From the NCBI GenBank assembly GCA_050084515.1, contig CM114271.1, positions 21,638,001-21,702,000 on the forward strand: 64,000 nucleotides of DNA, read 5' to 3'. Source of the DNA: Blasia pusilla (Eukaryota). Both the position numbers and the translations under genes were made by a program. The notes below the pieces were generated by a model that made no database searches, was not told the origin of the DNA, and worked only from the letters and a program-made list of their open reading frames with translations. Of the stretch, positions 37,351 through 50,600 are shown piece after piece; the first letter of the stretch is position 1, and every line of letters starts with the position of its first letter.

Positions 37351-39414
37351 GGCCCTTTGGTCCTTTGAGAGGTGGGAGAGAGAAACGAGTAAAAAAAATT
37401 GTAGTTCGATTCACCACTAGTTTGTATACCAAGTGTATACCGGGGAGGAAAATAATAGGACGGACCCTGGCCCCACGGAGAGGGGAGAGAATAGGATTGG
37501 AAGAAAAAGCTTGTAGGTCATATATCTACATACAAAATTGTACTTCGTTTACCGACATGTAGGTGTATATCACCACAGGGAAGGAAGAGAATAGGACGAA
37601 GCGGGAGAGAGAATAGGACCGAAAGTTTTGGGAATAATTAATAGGAGGCTCCAAGGTCCGCTCACATGCATTAAAGTCACACGAATATCATTAACATTAA
37701 TCACACAAACCTATGTCACATGAATCTTATTAAACGGATATACGGTAGACACAGATGCAAAACTTTGATCCACAGTATGGAGAAATCACACAAACCAAAG
37801 TAGTTTGCCCAACCGAGAAAAAAAATGAAGCATACATGTAGGGGGCGTAACTAGAGAGGGTTTTCACCAAGTTGACAACTTTTATTTTCCTTGCCTTGGC
37901 CATGTCTCCTTTAGACAATTGGCAAGCATGAATATTGAAACTTTTAAGGGATTAGTTACCTTGATTAAGGAATACTTTGCATTCTACATGCCTATATAAA
38001 ATGTGCAACTTCCTCTTGGTATGGTTGGTTGTAGCATCAGATAGATATCGACATATTGGAATTATTTCCTGCATTTATATATGTAATCTCAGCATATTAT
38101 TAAACTTGAACAATTATGAGCTTCAATAGTACTTGAGAAGAGCACAAGACCATTGCTAACTTATAACTCGTCTCCTGTTGTAGATATCTTAGGTTGGGTG
38201 GGTTCCTTAATTTGTTTTTTTCGAGTAGGCATTGGCCTTCATCAAAATTAGAAGTGGTCATGGTTTCCCACATCCAAAACTTCTTTGTTCGTTGTTGCCC
38301 CATTTAGTTCAAACGTATTGCATGGCTTTTATGGCTTGAGACAAGGAGGAGTTTGATGCTTGCTTTGCCCACATTTGTTGGTAGCTGAGCATTGTATTGG
38401 GCTTCTAAGATCCCAATAATATTTTTGTGCAAGCTCATGAGACAATTGAACGCCTCGTGTTGAGTCATGCAATTAGAGACGTTGCTATGTGCCTACATTT
38501 ACAATGTCTAATTGCATGAACTGGTGTTGATCCTAATGAGAGACTTAATTGGTCTTTTATTATGCAACATGGCCTTGTACTTAGGATTTTTTTCTCACTA
38601 CCTCGCTCACCACCAACTCCTGAATGTGGTGAGAAACACGATATTAAAGTTCGAATGAATATTTGAGCTTATGAAGCCATTTTATTGAGTTGTATTCTTG
38701 GATGTCCCATGTATGCTCACAAACTATGTTTGGTTATCCGCTTTTGGAATAAATTATGAATACACTCAGACATGTGTAGGGGCAACTTACCATCTTCCGG
38801 ATGTGAAAAATATGGATAACACAATTTCATGCAAGCTCACAAAATTCATAGAATAATCACAACTGAGTATGACTAGTTACTCTTAGTAGATACTTTGAGT
38901 GATATACTATGATTGCATAAGGATCTTGGATGAGAACTAGAGTTTGAATTCATAGAATGTATTCATAATGCATATTGAGAGTACTAACTCTTAAATCCAA
39001 GTACATGATTTTGGATTTTGAGTCTCTCCTCTTAGCATGGACATAAAGTTGATGTATGGCTTTTACATAAAATCTGGTGACCATGGACTTTGAGTTCAAA
39101 TTTAAAATCAGAGTACCTAAACCTCTTGAAAAATTACTAGATGGCCAACAAGAATAATTTTTACTCAAATTTTATCTGAAATCAAATAAGCATACACTTT
39201 AGCCACATGCAAAGGTTTCATGATTATCCTAAGGTAGAAGTACATACATGCGAGATCAAAGACATGAGCATATCCATGCAAGGAGTTTGAGAAATTGCAA
39301 TATCATAAAAATAGGGAAGGTTTCATTGATAAAATTGAAAGATTTTAGATTGTTATATGTTATCTTGCTTATCTAAGTCCATGAACATGTGCACAAATTT
39401 TGGAATGTCCATTT

Positions 39415-39486
39415 AGGGCATCCCCACCTTACAACACTCAATCATTTGTTGAACCCTCTTTAATTTTATATATTGGCTCTATTGGT

Positions 39487-39553
<67 letters not shown>

Positions 39554-41499
39554 CATATGCTCTATCTCCACATCTCCATCTTAGTCAAGCCGCCTCCCAT
39601 ACGCGTCAGGATCTCTACCCTCAGCTTATTGTAGGAATCCACATATCAATCAAGTTTCTCTTGCTATATGTGCATGGTAATGATAGTAGGGAACCAATAT
39701 TCTTTAGAAGAATAGTCATGATGCCAAAAGCTATAGTCTTTGTCTAATGTCTCCCACCCATATTTGTCTTCTTTCCACTTCCATGGAGGATTGCAAAATT
39801 CTTAGGGTCCTCCAAATATTCCATGGTTCTGTAATAGTCAGGAAAACTCAATCTCCATCTTTGTTGCTTGTTTGATCAAGGGACCTTCTTTGATAAGAAC
39901 CCATCTTTTGAAGTGAAACATTACTTGAAATAATTTTCAAAATTAACAGAAACGTTGAAGCGCCCTCAACATGATCATCGACGGTCATTTTGGTCCATAA
40001 CATATTTTAGAGCATTACAAGCTAGAAAAAATTCAATCCTTGATGATAATGAATGTGAAATCAAGAACCTATTATAGGAAAAATAAATTGAAGAGGAAAA
40101 AATCAAGAACGATCATAAATTTTCCCCGTACTTTAAGGAATATTCACATTCAAAGAAAAACAAATCTTCCAAGAAGATAAAAATGCACTTAAGGGAAGAG
40201 AATGTCATGGTAGATGAGAAGCAAGATAGTATCGAGGACTTAGAGGGATCTTGTACTTCCCTATTTTGAGAGATCATATATAACCTACTCTTACGAGGTG
40301 ACTTACAAGTGTAGGTCATCCTTTCTTTATGAGGAGTGGCAACCTTGGAGAGGTTGACCCGCTCATCCTTTATGTGGAGCCACTTGGGCCTATAGGATCG
40401 AGGGTTAGTTGGTCTTACCAGAAGACCACAGTTGTAGTTGTTAGGGAGTTGGTTTCTTATGTACTTCATGATATTGGTGACCTGCTAGGAGGAGGTTACA
40501 TATGTGTACAAGTCACCCATAGAGGTGCCCACGGGAGTATACCTTGGATGAAGCTCATTCAGAGCACATCTTCCTTGGATTAGACTTATGTTGGGATTTG
40601 TGATACAATGCATCTTGCATGTATGAGCCTAGGTTCTCTCTTGAAGAGTGGGCTAGGATTGATTGGAGATCAAACACATTGAGAGTTTTTTCCAAACTAT
40701 CTCTTATTTTTACCGCAATGTGTATCATTGAATGGATGTTTGGATGAAGCATATATAGCCAATTGCAATTTTCATCAATATCGCATCTTATATTGGGGTT
40801 GTCCACTCGTTCATATGTAAATATGTTAGGACTCAAAGCTATATGGATTTTAGACCTATGTGCATGACAAATGATATATGTTGGCAGTGATCTCTATTTG
40901 CACGCAAGAATTCAGAAATATGCGCAAGTTACGGGCAGGCTAATTCCTCCACACTTTCAAATTTAAAGGTAATTTGAATTTTTTTGTTTGAATCAAATAT
41001 GGCATGGCGCAAACTTAGGTAAAAAAGCTCCTTCAAGTCATGATATATTGAGACTCCTTCATGACGTTGAGTTGAAGTGGAGATCTTGGTGGGAGAGATT
41101 GGTACTCTCAATACCTTTGTTAGAGTTGGCCATGATCCGTCCACCATAGTCATGAATACACACAAAGAAACTCCCCATAATTTGTAAATGTTGGATGTTC
41201 ACCATGACATAGGAGTTAGTCGATCGTGTTTTCAATTTACTGTAAATATTTGGCCTTGTGAGCAACCCTCAAGGCTTTTTTTGGCTAGTTAGGATATTTT
41301 CAATTTAGTTGCTTGTGAAGGGGGGAGGGGGGGGAGGGGTTCATGTGATGGGCTCTTTATTGTAGATAAATCTTGGAGCTAGATTGGTAGCTTCGCATAG
41401 CCTTCACATGAGAGGTTCATTTAACTTACCAAAAAATTTCATTACGTGAAGCTTATGGAGTGCTATAGGCCATCTCTAGGGCCCCAAGAGAAACACCCT
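39415..41499 (+). mobile_element. Possible further decayed Harbinger-like element
   Basis: It ends ...GAGAAACACCCT before AAT. Plus-strand remnants GCLDEAYI (IDGT-like), GSDLYLHARI and LGKKAP..YIETP occur in Harbinger motif order. The left end (AGGGCATCCC at ~39415) is uncertain. Confidence 0.35.
39487..39550 (+). repeat. (TC)n microsatellite with one interruption
   Basis: Seen directly. Confidence 0.95.
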
Positions 41500-41502
41500 A
41501 AT

Positions 41503-42830
41503 AGGGCCATTCGAAGGCCCCATTGTATGCTTGCTTGTTATGCCTATTAGTGCCTCTCGCAAGGATTTCTTATTGTTGGGAACAACAAGCCAAAGTCAGT
41601 TGTCATTTGCACGTGATGATGATACTTTTTGTCTCTATCCCTCTCGTAATGCTATAGTGAGTATGTCTCCTTCTCACCGAACTGTCATGGTACGAGTTTT
41701 TGTTGCAAGAGAGAAATCATACATCATCGTCCAATTGCAATTTGCTCATAAATATGGACACGCTTAAGGTGGTAGAGAGAAATAAAAAACCATATGCAAG
41801 GATGTGAGAAATCTAGAGCTAGCTTAAGTTGGGAGCGAGAATTCAACAACCATGTGAAAGGAAAGGAAAATCTAACACGAGCTTAAATTAAATCAAGATC
41901 TAGCTTGTAGGAAAAGGAGGGCTTGGGAGGTCTCCTTGCTTGGTGGGGGGCAAATCAACAAGTCTTGAGAGGATTTTCGGGTGGGAGGGAGACAATTAGG
42001 GAAACTTTCCATTGCACAATGGAGGCACTACCTAGTTAGCTAAAGCTCAAATTTGTTCTATGGTAGTTGACATTGCAAGGTGAGAAACAAAATTCTTCCT
42101 CTCTCTCCAATTTAGCACGTTGTGTTTTAGAGGGTCTTTCTCTTTTGGAAAAATCACGAGAACATAATTATAAAGTGCCCTATGAGCTCCTAGTCAAAAT
42201 ACAATTAGGAGAATCCATTCAACATTCCAACATTATGATTAATTGGTCAAAGTATCGTATACTACCATAATTGGAAGTGAGTGGCTGTTGATTAAAAATT
42301 TAAAGTTTTCGCGAGGAAACTTAGAGAAGTGCATGCTCCCTTATCATCTCATATTTTTTGAGATGTTAGGACCATGTATACCCCCCTACCAACCTAATAT
42401 TTCAAGGTTGCCCATGTGTAACCAATTCAACAACCATACTTGAAATATCCACCTTGTCTAAGGAAGTTTGCATGACTCAGTTGCAAGTATTTTTATTCAT
42501 AATATCCTACCAATATGTTACTTTTTTCATCTTATAAATAATATAGTACTAGAATACATCTAATTTTGAGCTATAAATATTTGTTCATGCCATATCATCT
42601 GCTGTCTAGGGTAATAGCATATGCCAACATGCCAACACTGTCAAATAGGAAGGAGTTACTTTGAGCGCCTTAGAATATACGTGAACTTGAGATCATATGA
42701 AAGGAAAACGTTGATTGAAGTTTATTTCCAATCACTAAAAAATCTATCTTCTTGATCAAATAGATAACATGGACCAAGCATTCAATATAGAGAACCTCCT
42801 ACTTTAATACTTTGGCAGTAACAAGCCTCT
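41503..42830 (-). mobile_element. Decayed PHIS-like element, copy B (homolog of 36144-37350)
   Basis: It starts AGGGCCATTC after CCCT-AAT. Shared blocks with copy A include 'atgcttgcttgtta', 'gttgacattgca', 'tgtaaccaattcaacaacca', 'ataggaaggagtt' and 'gaccaagcatt'. Confidence 0.6.
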
Positions 42831-45800
42831 TAGGTTGGAATGTGACTTTCCTTACCTATATAGGTGTATCTAGAAGAGTATGTACTTCAACCATAAAGGA
42901 GACACTGCTAGGGATGAAGGGGTCAAAAGGAATCCTTTGCGAGTCTATTTTTTTGCAAGGCGGATCCTTTGCAAGTCCAATGCTTGTCCAATCTTTTCAC
43001 TCCACTTTGTGTGAGTCTAGAACAATTGGACAAAGCTTTATGAGCTAACTTAGCTTTGCAAGTTTGTAGAGTTATTTTCACTTTGTGAATTTTGCAACTT
43101 ACAATATGCTCACAATACACTTTCAATGGAATTTGAGAGTCGAACTCACAATAAGACTATAAATATTTTTTTTGCAACTCACCACGTTTGAAATGTACAA
43201 ATATGGGGAGCCACAAAGCATTGTGACTCTCCGTAGCCATGACATAAAAGTTTGCAACTTCCAAGATTTGCATGTTACTCGCAAATAGAGTTGTAATAAA
43301 GTCACAAAAAGCTTATATTAGAATGGTATGAGTTTCATAAGGCTCAAAAACTCAAAATGCCATCACTTATGATAACTAAAAAAAATTCCTTTTGTCCATA
43401 TTTTATTTTGACGTATGTTGCTTTACATGTTACCGTAGTGTTTTGCTATATCACTTGCTATGTTATCTTAGTGACATGGTAGTCCTCCTTATATGACTCA
43501 ACCATTGAGTCATATAGGAAGGACAATAATTCCATGACAAAAAATTGGTTATAGTTGACCTAGTTATTCCAAATCTGTGATTTGGCTTTTGTGACTCAAC
43601 ACGTCTCTAGGTACTTCCCGTCATGGATCGTGATATATGACTCAAATAAGTCATAAATCCTAATTATAAAACACAATTTTTCATCTTGTGTTAGCCACAC
43701 TTTGGATCAACCAACCTTCTGTCAATTTTTTTTTTCAATCTCATCCGTTCTAGAAAAGGTCAGATACCAGCCTAAACCCTCAATTCCCTACACATATAAA
43801 CCATTCAAAACTTGGGAGAGACTTCCATCTTAGTATTCGGATCTGAAAACGATGCAAGTGTGTTTGAAAGTCTCAATTTCCTAATTTTTTGAAATCTAGA
43901 TAAGATACAATAAGGTTGTTGAGACCTCCAAGTGCGCGGTCAAGAATTGAAAAAAATAACCTTCATGGAACCCACTATTTTTGGTCAATGAAGTCATGAA
44001 TTTTATTTTAGCGAGCTTTATGTTGTTTTTTTGGGGAATACTTTGGTAACTACTTGCCTCAATGTTTGGAATCCAAGTTTGAATATACAAGTCTAGTATT
44101 TTTATATCTTTGATTAGTAACAACGATGGTGAATCCTAAACAATTCCTTAGCTCAAACCTTACACATAGCCCAAACACGAAACATGGCTAATCCCTTAAT
44201 CCAAGAGTTGAGCATGTAGGGAGAGAGAGAGAGAGTCCCTCCTTATATGTACTTATGGATTTTTCTAAGGAATCCCACCTTTCCCATCATTTACCAAGGG
44301 CCCTTGATTTTGGCCAGCAACCCAAATGCGGTTTGCGTATTTCCAACCTATGTAAAATAAATTAACTTCCAAGATAATTTGGAGGAGTATCATGGAAAAT
44401 TATGTCCATCATGACATCCCCGAACTCATACTTGAGCTTCAACCCACCTTTTATTTATCTTATGGATAGTGTTCGTATTGACTCCTACCATTTGGCATTT
44501 CATGGTTATCTTGTTGCCCATTATGATCTTTGAATAGTGTCACGACATCTTGGCCCTCTTGACCACTCACAACTCCCTTGTTATTTGTCCTTGAAACTCA
44601 GTTTATGGCTTTGATACACTTCTTGCCTCACCCTCATCCCTTTAGGTGACTACACCTCTTTTCTCATGAGGTTAGTCTTAAGGCATGCGCCCGTCTTGAC
44701 TAGCGTTAGTCCTCCCGCCCCTTCTAGTCATGTGACTAGCTAGTCTAGGTTTTGACTTGGGTGGGTCACACCAAGGTTTCTCTTCCTTGATCTGTGATCC
44801 TGACTCATTTCTCAAATTCTCACTAGTATGCATGCCATAGGCATAACTATTTGCAATCTTTGTGTGTGGACGGATTACGAATGCAATGCAAGTATACTAT
44901 GAGTAGAATGTGTCTCTGGGTACTTGTCATGTGCCTACTCTCTTGAACTTCAATCTCAATCTCATGTGGTGTAGAAGCTTGCATTTGGTAGGACACGCTC
45001 ACACTACTACTCGACATTTAAACACACTACATTAGTCCATTTCTCAGAGTTCTTTGAGCTCAACAATTTCAACCTACAGTCTTTTAGACTTGGGAAAGAC
45101 TTCTTAGATAGTCCAAGTTCGGTTCCAACTGCCCAATATGACTATCTAGAGGAGACCCAAGATATGAGTCATGAGTCAATCAAGCTCAACAACTTTTCTA
45201 ACCCCTAGAGTTTATGTTTCAAGCACCAACTCCTCCCAATATAGGCTAGTCTTTATAGGGCTCCTCTTTTAGGCCCTCAATCCAACTACAAATTTGATAA
45301 AGACTCTATTCATGCATTTGTTTGGAACTTTGGTGTATTGGAATGTTCTTTGCATAAGATTTCCAACGCACCTTATTCTTCCCAAATGCACCTTGGGTCT
45401 GGTTTTTATGACCTTAAACACAACAAAAACCTGAAATGATAGTCAAGTTCCAAATCCCCTCGGTGCCCAACTCTCATGGGACTTGAGTCTTCTCAATCTT
45501 ACAGGTTTTGGTTCCAATGAACTTGAAATAATAAGATTATCTAGTCTCCCTCAAGAGACTTCAACAACACCAATCCCAAGATATGAGTCATGAGTCAAGG
45601 TCACAAAAATGTCTTAAATGTAGTAGTGATAATAGACCAAAGCTTTGAAATGGTACTCACATATTTGTGGTGTATAGTAAGTTGATATACTAGAGGTGTT
45701 GCCAAAAAAATTTAGAGGGTGAAATATTTGACCTTTCAAGGGTTTTTTTAGAGATATTGATGATAAGAAGTCAAAAGTTTTGGGTAATGAATACCCAAAA

Positions 45801-46939
45801 CATAGATGTATGTTGTTGTAGAGAGGATTAGTTGGTAATCTAGAGTTAGAAGGATCCAATTGTGTGTTAGAAGGATGATTGGAGACTTTCTATTTGAAGA
45901 TCGTACATGAATGTGGTTTCCAAGTTTATGAGATGTATGTTGTGATGCGATGTGTGAATAACATAACTTTTCTCTTCCTTCCAACCCTCTCTAGAAGGAT
46001 GGAGATGGAAAATTGGGGAGGGGATCAAGGATACAAAAGGATTGATTTTTCCATTCCTTCTAAGAGTGAGGCGAGGAGAAGGAATAAATGAAAAAAAAAT
46101 AGATGAAAGGACCTTCAATTTTTTTAGAGACCAAATGAAACTTTAGTTCCTAAAAGGAACACATAAGGGAATAACACACAAGTAATGAATCAACAAGGAT
46201 TAGATTTACTACCATTTTGGGCTTTGTTGCACGGAGAGTTGTTTCATGGGATCGAGCAAGGAAAGTTGGGCAGTATGGCAATATGGAGGAATGGCGATAC
46301 AAATAAGCACGGCTAGAGGGAGGGAGGCAAGACGAGAGAGGGGAGATGACATGCCATAATATATTGAAATGAAGGGCTCGACACACCCTTCATTTATTTT
46401 GATCAACACTATGGTTCCTAAAGTGAAGTATTTTTGTTTTATTGTATTTTTTGGATCTCTAGTCTTATTAGGGTTCCTCTTATGTGGTGGTTGCTCTCCA
46501 TGTAAATACTTTTTTCATCCAAATTATCCTTCCCTTGATAATTTTTATTTCTCATTTTTCACCCATGGTCGATTCATTGTTGTCGCCATCACTCCCTCCT
46601 TAGGTAGATCCTTGTTTCCATCCATTTTGATTTGGTTTTTCTTGTTCACTTTACATTCTTAGTATCTCCAGGATGCCACTAGTTTTGATTGGGCAAGTGT
46701 TTGGGGAGGGAATTTGGGTTTAAAAGTACTAAGTGATGAAGGTAAAAGAGAGTATATTATAGGGGGATCATTATTGTGAACGATAAGAGAGTCGACTACC
46801 ATGACTTATAGTTTCAAAGGGCGAGGTATGAGAGGTTTTGGAGGGGATTTCCTTTGGAGTTTGATGGAGGGGATCATGTTCTTTTATTGGTGAGTTATAT
46901 CCATGCCTCGACCTACATGACCGAGTATTCCGAGTAGAT

Positions 46940-47830
46940 GACCCATGGAGCCCCCCTTTGGGTCATCTACTCGGAATAAGAAATGCTCTCGTTATCTTAA
47001 ACTCTTCAATCATTTAGGAATTCGGAACCACTTAGCGGATGCGCATCCTCACTTTGATAGATTTGGACGAGTGACTCCTCTACTCAACCATGGATGTTCT
47101 CCAATACGTCTTGCAACATCCCACCTCTTGAATCATGGCAATGGTTGAGGATCCACCTTGGTAGTATCATAGATCTCTTCAAGATATTTTTTCCCTATCC
47201 AAAATTGTTCCGAAGGATCCCCCATGCTATTCGGGAGGACCTCCGTTATGATTTCCTTCTCCCCCTAGCCAAGATTGCAATTGACCTTATGGACAAACTC
47301 TCTTGGTATATATTACTTCTTCTTCCATGATGATGTATCTATTATATCCAAGGGGGGAAGGTTGCGTCCATAAAGAGGTTATGACCCGATTGAGAAATTT
47401 TTGAAGGGGTGATTGGCAGTGTCTACAAAGCGAGTTAGTGGTATACGTTGTAGGAAGCGGCACTTGGTTTCCCACCGGATGATTGTGTAGTAGCCAAATT
47501 GCAATGATGTAGGACAGTTGGACGCGCTTGTGAGTACTTGCAAGTTGCTCCCACTATTTGACCCATGGGCATAACCTCCAATAATCGTTACTATTGATGC
47601 CCTCCGGAGGCTACTTCCTTGCCTACTAGTTGACAATCTAGCTTTTGTATGTGACTTCCATCTCGATACTACCGTATGCCCCGACAAGTCCCTCTTTGCA
47701 CGACCATTCAAGAATTCTCCTAGGATTTTCTTGAAGGTTTGTTGGGTATGATGTACAAACACCTCCGTGATTGCTCTCCTCCTGATGACTCCACTAGTGG
47801 CTTTTCCAAGTTGCTTCAAGTTGCTTCTCA
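46940..47830 (-). mobile_element. Possible Gypsy gag/protease-region remnant
   Basis: Broken minus-strand ORF fragments have only vague protease-like patterns, in a repeat-rich context. Confidence 0.25.
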
Positions 47831-47839
47831 TCTAGCTTA

Positions 47840-50600
47840 GTAGAGAGTTCTAGTAGCAATGGTCGTGGTATTGGGGGAGGGGAATCTTTTGGCTTTATCA
47901 AAGGAGGGTGGAGGTGCTCATCGCAGAGCCATAGGTGAGGTGCTCGTATGGTTGGTGAGTCGTACTATTACTTTGCAATTCCATGAGGCTTTCTAGTCAC
48001 ACATAAGTGTGCATCGACTAGGGGTTGTCGCAACAACTAGTTGTGAGACTTACAATTTGCCTTAGGTTTGAGGGCTTGTCTCGATATACATCTTGAGTGA
48101 ATATGGAGAGCACCTTCAACTCAATGTCACGAGCAACTATCTCCGTAGAGTTGAGGGAGATTGGTGCCCATTGCAAACCTCCTTCCCTTCATGCGGGCTT
48201 TCTATGAGGCCCTTTTGGTCCTCTATTTCCACGATGGTTGGCTTAAGGAGGAGGAAACGGTTTGGGGGTCCGCTATCGGTACTTGTTAAGGTGATCCCTG
48301 GGATGGTGTGCCTTTTGCTTTGGCTCATTATTGAGCGGTTATCTCTACAATGGAGGCTTTCCCAGGTTGCATTTTTCCCTCGTTGGCAAATGATACTCAT
48401 AATGTTGGCCCTGAAGATCTAGTCATTCATGCATCCCAACTCTTTTCCGTGAAGTTAGCATGTATCAGCCTTGTGGTGAAGGTGGGAAAATGCAAGGTAT
48501 GGTCTCAATCAGGCCTACTCGATGATGTTCATTTACTTGATGGATTCATGATTCTTTTCGGTGGGCTTTGCATCTTGGGAGTCCCATTTGAGAGCCAAGA
48601 CTTTGTCTCGAGTTTCATGGCGGCGACTCTTACGGTAGATCTGCTCCACGTTGATAATCTTACAAGGACTAGTGATTCCTCAAGTTGCTTATGTCTCGGC
48701 TCCTTAGAGTGCCCTATGGGGGAGTTCGTTTGTAAATAGGTGTCTTGGCCAATTGCCTTTTGAGGGGTAGGTCTTCTCTAAAGTGAGTTAGTGACGTCTA
48801 TTGCTTTTTTAGGGAGTTGGGCTATTGGAGAATCCCTTCTTTGGTCTAGATTTATGGTTAGGGATAGACCACTCCTACAATACATTTCCCAAGTTGATGA
48901 AGACTTTTTCCCACTACAATCTTTCCTCACGGCATGTAGAGTTTCCCTTCTAGTTGAGGTGAGAGTTGTTCTCCCTACTTTCTGCTCCTTAGTCACCCAT
49001 GGTTAGTCTAAATTCCAATCTTCTTTAATGGAAGCCCACTTTGAGGTAATTTTTAGAGGCACTATGTCGTATGGGGATGTTCCCATGAATGTTCATGCCC
49101 GTATTTGCTCTTGCTTCAAGAAGGGGGTAGACTTGTCGATGGGGGCTCCCTCGCTCATCTTAGCTTTTTATATCCCGTTAACACTTAGTCCAGCATGCCA
49201 CTCGGGGTTGGAAATAGTTCGATTCAATTGAATTCCCTCTGTGTATCGGCCGCCCCGAGGATAATGGATTTTTTTCTCTTATCCTTCATCTTTGTGATAT
49301 GCGTGTGAATCAACACTCCTGAGTCAAATTCCAATGGGATTGCTTGAAACTGTGAACGACAGAGAGAGTAAAAGCTATTAGCTTACAAAAGCGGTGAGAT
49401 GGGCGGTACTCTACGGCGCCTCGATTGCTAAACCACTGCCGGCATCACCTCCATCTGCTTCGTGCGTCCCGGGGCCCGAGCGAGAAACTTGAGGTCTGCC
49501 CATACTTTCCTTCCTGCGCACGAAGAAAAGGAGAGTCATGTATATGGCCAAAGTATGGAGAATCCTGCAAGCATTCAATAGCGGCAACATCATGAACGAT
49601 GTCCTTCGGGATTCAATGGACAGGTAGTAACTTTGGGACACGCCATTTTCCCAGGTAGCTATCCTACAAAGGGCAAAACCTACAAATCAACGAGAGCCGT
49701 AGAGCGACAACACAAACCATTTTTTCCAATGAAGAACTTCGTTCTAATGAGATCGTTCCTTTCCTGAGCTGCAGTTCCTAGCAATGCAGTCGTCACGTCG
49801 ACAGGTGATTGCCAAGCTAACTATTTTTTGCAGCCGGTGCCGTGTCATTCGAATGTCGCACTTGCAAATTATTTAAATTCTAATTGTCGTCTCACATCTT
49901 TCTCCCGGACTCCCAGAGAGGTATTGTTTAACGTTCTACTTCTTTTGTTGTATGTATGCTTCCAGTTCCGCTAACGCCTCCACCTACACCACAACGATGT
50001 GGCTCCCCCAACTATTGGTGGTTGGTTTGACACATTGTGAGTGTTGGTGAAGTCCAGATCCTCTTGGTGTGCCCTTGGTACTTGTCTAGTTGGGGGTGAG
50101 GGAGGATTACCACTCATGATGTTATGCTGGATATTACGTCTTGTATTGCTCGTGAGAGTGGCTTCTACGTGTATGTAGAGAGAGTGATACTCTTTGTGTA
50201 GGATTCCCTTATTCATGATGATCTCTATGTGACACGAGGGGCTAAGGTGATAGTGGCCCATGTTGTAGTGACGGATCCTACACGGGAGTTTGTGCTAGCC
50301 CATGTAGTGGCAGAAGAAAGGATACAAGGAGCGGCGATGAAGAAGACTCATATCTATAGTCTATTTTATGACCAACAACGATTCATCCTCCTAGCCTTAG
50401 AAATATATGGAGCAACGGTTGAGAGTTTTGAATCGTTTCTTACGGATTGCACTCATCATTTCAAGTCAAAGAATGGGTTGTCTTTAAGTAATGCAATTCT
50501 TTATTGTATGCAATGATTTTTTATAGTTTGGTAACGTGCCTAAGCCAATGGGTTTTTGAAGTGGGCTCATGATCCTCGGTGCTAGTGGTAGTGTTTGTCA
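47840..50600 (+). mobile_element. Decayed CRE-like non-LTR retrotransposon (RT plus RLE), interrupted at ~49190-49970
   Basis: RT motifs are IKGGWRCSSQS/RAIGEVLVWLVSR, GDPWD (QGDPLG-like), FPSLANDTHNVGP (YxDD box), KVGKCKVWS and GLCILGVPF. The RLE part reads VAHVVVTDP..AAMKKTHIY..RFILLALEIYG. Confidence 0.7.

Noticed and set aside
43490-43690. Possible CACTA terminus with TGACTCA subterminal repeats
   Set aside because: There is no clear CACTA/TAGTG end or partner TIR.
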